Source: Moniliella sp. 'wahieum' (Eukaryota). From it: a stretch of 64,000 bases of DNA. The notes beneath the pieces are model-generated. The model saw only the letters and a list, made by a program, of their open reading frames with translations, did not search any database and was not told where the DNA came from. Below are positions 41,550-53,259 of the stretch, one piece after another (the first letter of the stretch is position 1; every line of letters begins with the position of its first letter). The DNA lies in contig RSEE01000003.1 of assembly GCA_003971905.1 (NCBI GenBank), positions 744,001 to 808,000 on the forward strand. Direction: 5' to 3'. Position numbers and translations under genes: made by a program.

Positions 41550-43635
41550 GTCGAGTGACGCTGACGAGTGACTTCGCTAGTGACTTGAGTTGGACCCAGA
41601 TCCACAGCTCTCAGATCTCCAGTCTAGTCAGTACTCAGTACTCAGTTGAGTACTCAGTAAGTCAGTCAGATTCTCAGAAGTCGATGACTGGGACAGCAAA
41701 GCCAAAAAGGAACCGCAGGGTGGCTCCGACGTATAATAGCTTTCGCATGGCACGGCATATGCTCAGCACTGAGACGTGCTAAGAGGTTCAGCGAGCAGAT
41801 GCTCTGCTGCACTGGCTGCACTGACACCAAGCCCAAAGCCAAAGTTCACCTGGGTAACGTGTGAACATGTAACGGGGGTGTGAATGTAGTGCTGAACATA
41901 CTGAGCGTCTGAACGTTGAGCTTAATGAACGCAATGCCAATGAACGTTGAACGTTGTATGTTGAACGTTGAACGTGACAGGAAGAGACTAAGATCTGAGA
42001 ACCGGCAACGTGGAGTTCTCAGATCTCAACGATTCAACTGAGTAGTGAAGCTAGTGAAGCTTGAAGAGTACTGGGTTATACTGCTGCAATGGAGGATTAA
42101 GCTTTGAGGAACAGTCTACCTATAAAAAGATGGAGCAAAACCCACCGAGGGCACAGAGGGCACAGCGAGGGCAAAAACAGTTGCAACCGGCAACCACGTA
42201 ACCGAGGCCGGCGTGGCTGACAAAAAGCTTAAGCTTCAGATGAAGTCCTTCAATCTGAGTACGGCAAGTATATCTGGCGAAGATTCAAGGGTGCGGCGAG
42301 AGCTGCGGCCTGTGCTGCAGCCCACAGGGCCACTCCTCTGCCTGCTTCAAGCTTCAGCTTCAGCGCTTCAGTGTCAACGTGTCCAACATTCTAGCTGTGG
42401 AGCAGGTAGCATCAACATGTAGCGCGTAACGATTGGACAGGGCGTGCCGGAAAAGGCGCTACAGGGCGCTCCTGATGACAGTCGATGGGCCGGTGGCGCA
42501 AAAGGGCGCAGATCGATTGTCAATCTCGGCGATGGGCGACGATGGTTGAGTACGTTGAAAGTTGATGCATGATGTTCGATACTCGAAAGTCGATATTCAA
42601 TCCAGTCATCGATCATCCAATGGTCGAAAGCTTCTGAGATTCTGAGCTCTGAGCCCACGGATGGACGGTGTGGGTGGGGCCAGGCCCCGGGCCCTGCACG
42701 CAAAAACAAGGCAAGCAACGGGCGAAGCTTGCAGCCGTGAAGCGCGTGAAGGCGAGCGAGGAGGGCGACCAGGGCGCTTGGCAGTGGCGCTTCCCTGAGC
42801 TGGGCGCTTAAGGCGCTAACTGCTCCGGCGCTGGGGCACTGGTGGGGGCGGATGCGGGATCGGGAGCGTCGGGGGGTCGCGGTGAGATGGGTGAGCCGGT
42901 GAGACGAAAGATGGATCACCGATGGGATCGGTCTGAGAATCTGAGATCGGGGGTCCGAGACGGGGCCGGTGTGGTGCAAAGCTTGCCACCACCCGAACAA
43001 GCTTGGTCCGCCCTCGCATGTGGCACACGCGGCACGTCACATGTCACACATCCGCCCCAGATCACATGCTCACAGGATGCACACCATGCATCACGCGTAC
43101 TCGCGAATACCAATAGGTGGCAGGGAGCATGTGATTCATGTGTTCACAGCAGACAGATCCACGTACAGAACACGTGGCACCCCTGTTTTGGAGCTAAACC
43201 CAAATTTGTCGGACTTGCTGAGCGCTGGCCAGTCAATGGTTTGAAATTGCAGGCAACCCATCACCGATTGCACACTGGCCTCAGGCCTCAGGCCCGTCAG
43301 GGTGCGTCATCGATCATCGATCATTGGCATCCATCACATGCGTCATCCATCAGTACACCCCGTACCTCATCAATGCCTGAGGCCAGGACATTGATCGCGG
43401 AAGCGAGCATGGCAGGGGAGGAGATGATCTCGATGGTCGATGGTGGGGATGCAACCAGGGAAGGCACCCCGGAGGCGCACCAGGGAGTGGTCACCAGGGG
43501 CGGAACGGGCGGAACGGTGTCGCCACGCACCATTGTTAAAATTTTAATAACGCATCTCATCGATCTCAACGGTACTGAGATTGCTATGTCGACTCGAGCT
43601 GCCAAAAAAGAATGACGCGTGACGCGTGACGAGAG
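41550..43635. repeat. Largest cluster of 7-bp-period palindromic-core arrays (upstream of the WOPR gene)
   Basis: tcagtactcagtactcag 41628; tgaacgttgaacgttg 41941; tcagatctca 42019; gcttcaagcttcag 42344; tcacatgtca 43037; ggcctcaggcctcagg 43277; tcatcgatcatcgatca 43307; tgacgcgtgacgcgtga 43613. Confidence 0.9.
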
Positions 43636-43699
43636 ATCAAAGTGATCAAGGGAATCGTACCCCAGCCCCGAAGGGCTGCCAGAATGTTTTTACTATACT

Positions 43700-46600
43700 A
43701 TCCCGCCACGAAGTTCCTAAACTAATAGGTGCTTCGGCAAGTTCTATACATCGAGCCTAATACTTGTGTGGTATGCACATACAAATGGGGACCTCTTATC
43801 ACGCTCGCCCATCCACGACGACGGTGGCGTCCCAATATCGGCTAACGTCCAGCCCGCAACTGTTTGGTTTGTTGGATGTCCTACGCCACATTTGGTCATG
43901 GCGCCAAGCGTTTGCTTGCGCAGGTGTGCTCACCCAGTCTGCTTCTGCACGGGCGAAGACGGGCTGACAAGCCCAACGGAGCGTACGCGCTCCCCTCGCC
44001 TCCCTAACCACGATCCCAGAGCTATAGTCGCTCCCGCAAATCCAGCCCAGTACGATAGTGGCTATAGTCAGACCCTCGGTGTTACATGTTTTACGGGTCA
44101 CTATACTGTCACTGGTCCCCGCGGACCAGTGCACGGCTCGCCTAAACAACCTATATATTCCGTTGCGCCTAAACAGAGCATGTTTCGTCTTTCTACCTGT
44201 GAGACCACAATAAAGCGATCGAGTCCCTTCCGTACGCGGCTGAGGAGATCTGTGCGTGAGCTTGGAGTCCCTACTGATTTTATTCTACTTCAAATATATG
44301 GCCCTTGGTAACTTTGGTCCACTTGAACCCAAGTGAGCTCTAAGTTGAATTGCCGGAACTGGACATCATTGCCCGATCTGGGCATCTCGCGCGTTATCCG
44401 GTTGTGACATTCTCCCTTCGTGGTCTCATGCCTTTTACGTTCTTACTGTTGAGGGTAGTGAACTTTTTGGCCCCTTTTCGTGTTTAACTGTTCCTGTTCC
44501 CATCCGAGCGTGGGAACCTATCCCTACTTGTCCTGCTTTTCACCTTTCGAGATCCATTCGCCTTGTTATTCCTTTCTCTTTCTACGTGGTATGTGGATTC
44601 CTTATAAAGTCCCTGTCTGAATAGACTTTGTTCAATGTCTTTCCCCTAGCGGATCATTTTATAGCAGCATCTCTCCTTGCGAAACCATTCTGTACCCACC
44701 AGATGACACCCGGGTTATATACTGTTCCCTAGAGGGGCGCTTCAACGAGGGCCCTACATGTTACGAGCCGGGGTTAATGATCGATGATATGTGTGATCCA
44801 AGCTAAGGCCCGCCTGCTCTGCACATGCTCATTACTTTATTTTGTGCTCCATATTGCACCTGCATCGATCAATCCCGCTTTTGACACGTCTTCCTTGCTA
44901 CACCTCCTATTGTATCCGTTTTCCCTTTTGATCTATAGCCTGTAAGTACCCCTGGTTGGTGGGGATCCTTTCCCCAGCTTCCATTCTCATCCGTTCGCGC
45001 GCCTTTCCTATCCAAATCCTTCCCTTTCCAGTCAATTGATTCAGTACAGACAACCTCCTCTAGTCCGCTTAGCTCCCACCTCTTCTTCCGATCGTCCTTC
45101 ACCTCTCCATCCGTCCAGTCGCGCAAGTCTTCCTTCAGCCGCGTCGAGTCTCCGCACCAGCTCATCGCCTGGGTTCCATTCCAGCCACGTCGTCAGCCGT
45201 CCCTGTTCAGTCCCAGCTCTGGCAGTGTTTGTCCTCCGCAACCTTTCCACACGTTTAGTCACCTTGGCTTCACGCCCAAAGACCTCTCTCGTCCCTCGCT
45301 CCGCTCGGATCCACCACTAGCCAAAACCCGAAACTACCGGAGCCGTCCTCCTGTCTCCTAAGGGTTTGTACTCCACAAACCTGGCTGAGCCCTCTAGTGG
45401 GGCCCGCCCGTGACATAATCGGCCCGCAACCTGTGGTCGGCCACCCCTGCCTTAGGTTGACGATGTCTTTGCTACCCTCAGCACGTTCCGTTGACGCATT
45501 TTGAATTTGGGAAAGTGAAGGCTGATCATGTCTCAACACTCCCAGGCCGACTGTGCGACGCCACAAGTTCAGCATCTTTAGCGGGTCATTGGACATGGTG
45601 AGATACCATGGTTTGGTCCCTCTGTGATGGTCGGGGTAGTGGTGGATGTTGTGGTGGTGGGCGAGGTGATACGGGAGGAGGTGGGATGAACTTGATGATT
45701 TTCCGAAAACAGAGACTGCGCCTGATTAGTAAATGAGAATCATTGGTCCTACTAGTACTGCCGAAAGTGGTACCCCTATAACATGATTGCCAAGTTGTTA
45801 CGATACCAGTGGCTACGATTAACACACTCAATGGGGTTCTTCTATTGGGCTCAGAGCAGATGAGGCCAGGGTTTCCGCAGGCATACTATACTGGCTGTCA
45901 CAGGGCGACGACTGAGCCGCCTTGCACAGCCACCTCCACTTCCTTATCGTCGCCACCCCGCTTCTCGGCTTCTTTCCCTATCGTGACTTAGATTCTCTTC
46001 CTATCTACAAAACCCACAACAATCATCGTTTCTCCGCTCGCGCTCGTCTAAAATCCAAAACACCACACCTTGTTTTCGACTCGGTTTCTCGCCTCGTTTT
46101 TCACCTCGGGTCCACTTTGTCCTTGACCCCCGCCTCATCAGTCGCCTCGGCCCTCTCGCGCTTGGTCCCCTTCTTCCCTTTGACTCGTTTCCCTTTTGCA
46201 CTGTAGACCCTCTTGGTCTCCCCTTGTTCCCCTTCTCTTCTATAAAACCTGCTTGTTCTTAGATCCAATGATGATGGCCCAAGCCGCCGACCATTCTTTC
46301 CCCTTCACCCTTCTTCTAGGCACTCCACTTCTAGAAGGAACACCTTTCGATCAGCTCGCTCGCCCTCCCTCGCCCATCGGAGCTCCCCACTTTCGCGTCC
46401 AACCCCTACATACGCAACCTCTGCTCGCAAACCGCTGCTCAGGCTCTGCTCGACGCACAGCAAAGCATCACTCACGACCCTCCTACGTTCACGCCAGTGA
46501 GCCTTGGACTTTGGATCTGAAATGGGTTCAGTCCTCCGTGAGTCTTGTCTCCGATGGGCAGGGAAGGTCTCCGCCTGGGAAGCCAGCCACCCCGTCATAC
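43700..46600 (+). mobile_element. Degenerate LTR-retrotransposon debris (Gypsy-like)
   Basis: HTNGDLLSRSP at about 43775-43812 resembles the RNase H-end H.NAD.LSR.P. An LTR-like TGTCACAG start lies at 45896, and PFTLLLGTPLL at about 46300 is protease-like. Confidence 0.45.
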
Positions 46601-46890
46601 TAGCCATCCTGGTCGCGTGGGAGTAACTCCGGTAAAGGCATACTTAGAGACAGCTAGGGTGTTGAGACATATCGTGGAGCTTCAGTACCTTTCATATGCC
46701 TTGGAACGAGAGTGCCAAATGTTATGGACGAAGAACACCGGGAACGCCACGCACATGCACCAAACCGTGCCCAGTGTGGAAAGCGAAGACAATTGATCGA
46801 CGGAAGGTTTGCGATTATAGCGCGGGAGAGATACAAGACAAGAAATCAGAAGACAGTACTAGTTTCACATAGAGCCACGCAGCGAGCTTT

Positions 46891-48839
46891 TTAAAACATG
46901 GTCGCAAACGCATCTTGTGCGTTCATGTCGCCCCCCGCCGTGTTGGACAGGCGAGCATTGGCACCCACGCCGTTCTTCCCAAAGGTAAACCCAACCCAGA
47001 GGCCACGGTCTAAGCGGCGATCCTGGGCAGTGATTTCCTTCTCTTGGACCGCTTCGACGCGCTGCTGCTTATCCTTGACCTCTTTGTACTTGGCCATGTC
47101 CTCGGGATTGTCAAAGTCGTCGAAATGCGCCGTGTCCCCTCGGACTCAAGTTGGGGGACGTAGGGCGGGGAACGTTCACGCAAGTTGTGGAATGATAAAG
47201 GTGTGAAAAATGGGTGCCCGCTCACCTCCGACAAGGACTGGTACGCGATTCAGGTGCCTGAATCAGCCTAGAATAAACGCCAGACATTGTCAGTCATCTC
47301 ATCTCATCACATCCCATCCCATCCAAGCACAACCAAGGACAAACATACTTTGTAATGGCGTCCCACGCCACATCAGTCAGTTAAATTGAAGGTCCTCAGG
47401 CTTGGTGTATACTGGCCGTTGCAAGACGCGCTTCCAATTCTTAAGGTTGGCCCACGTCCGGGGTTCGTCCAGAAAAGGGGGGAAGCCACAGAGGAACTCG
47501 TAGAGGATGCATCCCAACGACCAATATCCGCCCCACGCCATAGGTTGAGGTAGCCTTGGCACGTAGTACCTCAGGTGCCATGTAGTCGGTGAGCCAACGA
47601 TGGATTTAGCTGCCTCGACTTGGTACTGCCGGTTGGCACGGAAGTAGGTGCCGCGCTCGAGAGGAGTGCGGTAAACAAAGTCAGATTCCTTGACCTTGTC
47701 CAGACGCTCCCGAAGCGAGCAATCCGTCCTGGTCAAGTGCTCCGGCAGCCAAGCCAAAGTCGGTTAATTTGATGGCCCGAGGCGTCAACAAGGAAGTTTT
47801 CAGGCTTGAGGTCACGGTGCAAGTAGCCTAGTTTGTGTAATTCGTTGACCGCAACAAACATTTCAGCCGCATAAAGCGAGCATGTGTTCCCTCAGCACGC
47901 CGGACTTGTTGAGCAACGTGCGGAAGTCTCCACCAGGCACATACTCCATGGCGAGGTAGACAAAGTCGGCGTCTTGAAAGGCATACATGAGCTTAACCAG
48001 CCAAGGCGACCGGTAGCGGTAAGAATATCACGTTCAATTAGGACATGATGGGCCTCGTCCATCTTGACCAGCACTTTCTTCTTGAGTTTCTTGAGTGCGC
48101 AAACTTCACCCGTTTCCTTTTTCCGCGCCAAAAACCTCTCCGTACCCACTTGACCTACCTGAGTGATGATGTGGAATTGGCCCAACGCAGCTTGGTGCGG
48201 CGCTTGCGGAGAGACACGCTCGCGACCCAAATACGAGGCGCGCTCGCTCGCCTTCTCCCGCTCACTCAATGGCGTGCCGGTTGCTGGCTGCACCTGCTCG
48301 AGCTTCTCCTCAAACTCGGCTGACCTTGCCTTGCGCGATGAGAGGTACGAAGAGAGTCAAAGTAGTAGTTGAGAAAGTAGAGTTGAGCGACATTGGCCTT
48401 GCGTCGAACATCGGGTTGGTTTGAGCACCTGGTTTCCCAAGGTGATAGGAGCTCGCCGGCCTTCCACGAGCGCCACGAGCGAGGGTCGTCTTCTTCATCG
48501 GCGTCTTTGGTTGCAACTCCTTTGCCGGCAGCAAGCACCTTGGGAAGGAGAGCGTCCGAACCAATGTACCTTTCCGGTGTGTCCGGGAGCTGGTTCTCTT
48601 TGGCCCGTGGGCTGCTGGGCTGGCTATGCCGGGTGAGGGATGTGGGAGGCTGGTTGCCTGAGGATGAGTACGCCCAGGAGGGCGCGCTTGGGGGGCGAGG
48701 GCATGAAGAGAGCGAGTAGGGGGGGACGGAGGTGGACGTGGACACGAGGTCAGCAACAAGATGGTGGAGAATAGCCAAAAAGCGCTGCTGGCTCCGAACC
48801 GACTGGGTTGTGCTAGGTGTGTTTGGTTGTGCTGGCCAT
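46891..48839 (-). CDS. DBF2: NDR/AGC kinase of the Dbf2/Sid2 type (start approximate)
   Basis: [70 protein letters not shown]. Confidence 0.93.
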
Positions 48840-49656
48840 GAAGAAGTACGATCAGGCCCAGGCAACCGACACAGCCCCCTGGTACAGAGTAAACTCAACA
48901 TGGATCGCGCATAGTGGGCGTGCAGTGCAACACTGCCCTGTGCCGCCTACCTTCGCGGCCCACGCTCGAGAGGGTGAATCAACATCCCCCGGATGTGGGC
49001 GCGTCCGGGCCGGCCCAGCGCCAGTGTCCTACGCGCTGCGCTGCAGAGCACCCTGTCTGAGAATCCATGTTCGAAGCGGATGAGATCATCGATGCATCAT
49101 ACATCATGCATCATGCATCATGCATCATTCCTCCGTCGGTCTCATTCATCATCGATCATCGACCAAAGACCCGCGTCTGGCGAATCGACGAGTCACGTGC
49201 AGTATCGTTTTCCGCCCAGTCGTAATTAATTCCGGGAGGATTAGGTAATGGATGATGCTGACGTGAAAAACATTGATGACGTGGGCGGGGACAGCAGTTG
49301 CCGCTACAGGAGCGCACAGACCACCGCCTTCGGGCCAACCGGCGAGCCACCGCCGGTGAGCGGACCGGGCACGGGCAATAGTACCGTCTGATCCCCGATC
49401 AAAGAGCCGCTCAGCCCTCGGGCCCCAGTACTCAGTGCCTCGCGCCTGCCAGCTTCATGCTTCAGCGCTTCAGCCAGCACTCAGCCGCTCAGCGCCTGAG
49501 CGCCTCTGCCCCAACGGGGAGGGTTGGGAACGATAAGTCGATGAGCTACAAGGGCGACGGGTGATGCTTCATGGGTGATGCTGATGAATGACAAAAGAAA
49601 GACTGAACGCCGCCTCGCCGTCTCCCCACCCTTCTCCTACCACCGCCTCTGCTATC

Positions 49657-50419
49657 ATGTCGAACTTGGTCTGCGAGCACTGCTGGATCTCAAGGAGATC
49701 CCTGGGAAACTGGCACCTACGAGACGGTGGCCGGGGTCAAGAGCTACATCAAATCCGGAAGCAAGAAGGGCACCATCATCCTTGCTACCGACATCTTCGC
49801 ATCGCACCCCCAACCCGGCCTGTTGGCTGACAAGTACAGTGCCGGGACGGGTACACGGTGGTTGTGCCCGACCTGTTTAACGGCGATCCGATCAGCCCCA
49901 GCGGCTTCAACTTGAAGAAGCACACGGGCGACAACGACCCCCAGGTTGGACCAGGCATTTGGCGTCTTCATGGGCTGGCTTGGCAACAACCATGGGCCGG
50001 ACAACTCGCTCCCGTTGGTCACCAAGCTGATTGAGCACTATGCCCCGAGGGCCCTGTTGCCATCTCGGGATACTGCTATGGGGCCAAGCTCGCCGTTGTC
50101 GGCCATTTCGGGCGGTGTGCCACGGGTCCTGTTAAGGGCATCGTGCTCAACCACCCGTCCATGCTTGAGGCGCCCGAGGCCAAGGAGATCAAGGTCCCCA
50201 CCCTGCTCAACATGGCTGAGACTGACCCGATTCACCCCGAGGTCAAGGCCGAATGATCAAGCGCTTGAGGCCAACAACGTACTCGACCCTGCGTCGAAGA
50301 CCTACCCTGGCTGTTCACGGCTTCACTTGCCGCCCGGACCTTTCCAGGCCGACCTCAAGCAGGCGTTTGAGTCGGCCGCGGAAAACACGATTGCGTTTTT
50401 CAACAAAGTCTTGGCTTGA
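49657..50419 (+). CDS. Dienelactone hydrolase family (alpha/beta hydrolase)
   Basis: IILATDIF, LLADKY, VVVPDLFNGDP, nucleophile motif GYCYGAK at about 50068-50090, YPG.VHGF. Confidence 0.88.
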
Positions 50420-50622
50420 TCTGAACCGCCATTTGTTTCTTCCTTGGCCGTATGCCTGCACAATGGACCACGCCGGCGCACCGGTTCCGTTTTTCTTTTA
50501 GTCGTTGGTGCTGCCGACAGCACTGTATCCTTGCCATAGCCCCTAACCACGAGCCCAGCTAGTTCCTCATGTAGCTCACGCCAAACTTAGGTTTCTTCTT
50601 TACTGGTCTTCCCTATCAACAA

Positions 50623-50702
50623 GGTTCCATATTGTAGTTGGTTAGCAAGTAGGATTCTGATTCATTGAATCTGAAACCTGGGTTCGAATCCCAGTGGGAC
50701 CT
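50623..50702 (+). tRNA. tRNA-Gln(CTG) with a probable short (about 8 nt) intron
   Basis: Acceptor GGTTCCA/TGGGACC, D-arm TTGT/GCAA, anticodon loop TT-CTG-A, T-arm CTGGG-TTCGAAT-CCCAG, followed by a T-run Pol III terminator. Confidence 0.9.
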
Positions 50703-51464
50703 TTTTTGGCCTTTTTACTCTTCAAATTATTTTGGCGAAGCCTATGAACGACACAACTGTGAGCACGATTGAGCTGAGCATCCAAGCGAAGGGCGGCAAG
50801 AAAATAGCGCAGAGGCTCTCGAAGTCGGAAACGATGTCATTGTTGGGTGTATTTTAAGAGCTCAACTGGGTTGCCAGAGTCGTCAACCCACAAAAGTTCC
50901 ACGGGCACATCATTGTCAGGCTCCTCACCAAAATTGGAGATGAAAGCCTGGTTCTCTTCTCAGTTGGCACAGTTCAGTAAGTGGACCGATACGGCGACGA
51001 TGGCCGAAGGGCATGTCGCTCACATGCGCCCCGGGAACGCAACCAATGGAACGCCAACCAATCTCGACGGATATGACGTGGTCGCACAGGGCAACTAAGG
51101 ACTGATGAGGAGCAAAAAAGGGAGCGCAACGTTGATGGTGGTGAATGCGTTGAAGGGCGCGCACAGGCGGCATTATCTCGATAATCCATAACGCAGGTTG
51201 TCTATGGGATTATCGTACTGGGGGTGGTTCGACGACGGATGTAAATTTCGGGCGACGAGCGTACGTTCCATGTTGGGAAGAGCGAGAGGGTCGATCCGGG
51301 CCGATGCCACCAGGAATCAATGTGTGATCAGCGACCAGTAAGCAGTGGCCATTATCGTGACGCGTGATGATGCACGGACGGACGCAACATTTCACCCTTC
51401 ACTAGGGTTGGCGGATGGCTCCATCCTGACGTCAGGAAAATCGGGCGAGAAGACAACCACCATC

Positions 51465-53259
51465 ATGCGGGCAACGTCTCTTGTCCCATGCTTCCACCGT
51501 CTTCACCGTCTCCACGACCTTTCTCTGTTGGCCATGACGCTTCTACCTGCGGCAGCAGATGTTGTTGTTGGGTGGAGGGATTGCTGGCCTGGCCTCTGCA
51601 CGCTATCTGGCCTCTTCCCTCCCGCCCAGCGCTCGCATTGTCGTCCTCGAGTCCACCTCCCGCCCTGGCGGCTGGATCCATTCCGAGCGCATTTCCCTTC
51701 AGCCGCCCCCGGATCTACCAGCACTCCCACTGCGCTGGTTGAAAACGGGCCTCGGAGTCTGCGTCGCGTGGAGCAACTGCATTGGCGATGCTGGACCTAG
51801 TAGCCCAATCGGGTCTGTGGGAGCGCATGCTGCGTGTGCCTACTCGGCGCGTCGGCGCGCGCAAACGCTACATTTGGTCTGGGGACATATCAACCTTCTT
51901 CCCTCGGGACTGCTGAATCTGCACCGCGTCTTTACTGCTCCAGTGCTACGCCGCTCGTGGACGGATGCGCTCTGGACCTGGTTACTCCGGCTCGAGATAG
52001 TGCCCAGCCTCGGCCGCGTTCCGAGTCGATTGCCGAAGCAAGTCGGGTTCGGATGAGGAACCGTCTTATGCAGGACGAAAGTATCCACTTTTCTCTCCCG
52101 GCGATTTGGGGGACGCACGCGTCTGGCTGAAGATGTTATCTCGGCGCTGTGCATGGCATCTGGGCCGGGGACACTCGCACCCTCTCCGTTCTTCACTGAT
52201 GCCTTCGTTGTGGGACCGGGAACGTACCCACGGCCGGCTTTTGTTTGGGCGTGCTCGCCGTATCCTGCCCGCCCATCACATGTCGGAAACGGAGGCTCGA
52301 GTCGAACAAGCCCGCTCTCTCGCGCGCGTTCAATGAGACAGTGGACCGTACTTGCTCGAAGGGTCTAGGTGAGGAACGTGTTGGCCAGCTCGCCAACATT
52401 CTATCTACTCCTTCCCGGAAGACTGGGCGAGATCCCCAACGCCATCGTGCAACAGCTCGGCGCCCTCCCCAACGTGACGATTGCTACCGAGACGGCTTGT
52501 GATCTGCTCGAGTCCCGGCCAGACGGGGTTCAGGTGTCTACGCGCCACGGGTCGATCTTCGCAAAGCATGTCATTGCTTCTCTTCCATCGGGCAAACTGG
52601 CACCTTGCTCAGCCCACAATTCCTACGTCCCATTGGTGGAACCATCTGCAACGGTGTGGGGTAGTGAATGTGGTGGTGCCCGCCTGGGTGGCAGCCCAGT
52701 GCGCCCTGGTAAGAGACTCCTGGACGTTGAAGGATTTGGTGTACTGACCCCGGTCAGAGGAGAGAAGGCAAATCCAGACAAGTGTCGGGGTGGTGATTGA
52801 TTCAGAGGTGCCAAGCCAGGACGAAGAACGCCATGTCAAGTTGACCGTGATGCTCGGCGGCGCGTATTGGGCAGGGAAGGCGGATTCGGACCTTCCGTCG
52901 ATGGAACAGCTGGCCGAGGCGGCAAGCGTGCCGTGGAAAAGATTACAGGGATGCCTCGCGAGCCGCTCGACCATCCGGCCAGTTAATCCGACGCTCTGGC
53001 GCGCGACTGCATCCCTTGGTACACGGTGGGCCATGCCTACCGTTTAAGCCAGGTGCATCAGCAACTACTCCAGCCTCTCATGAGGGGGTGGGGAGGTCGG
53101 TTGGCGCTAGTGGGGGCCAGCTACTTGGGTGTAAGTTTAAATGACTGCGTGTACCATGCCCGACGGGTGGCATTGTCTATTGCCCAAGACCAGGCTACGA
53201 CCGGACTGGAGCCCCTAGCGCTCGAAGCTGGGATGGTGCTGGCAGACGATCAGCGCTGA
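51465..53259 (+). CDS. HEM14: Protoporphyrinogen oxidase
   Basis: GGGIAGLASARYL FAD fold, E....PGGWIHS, ENGPRSLR, EGFGVL, LTVMLGG, GASYLGVSLNDCV. Confidence 0.92.
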
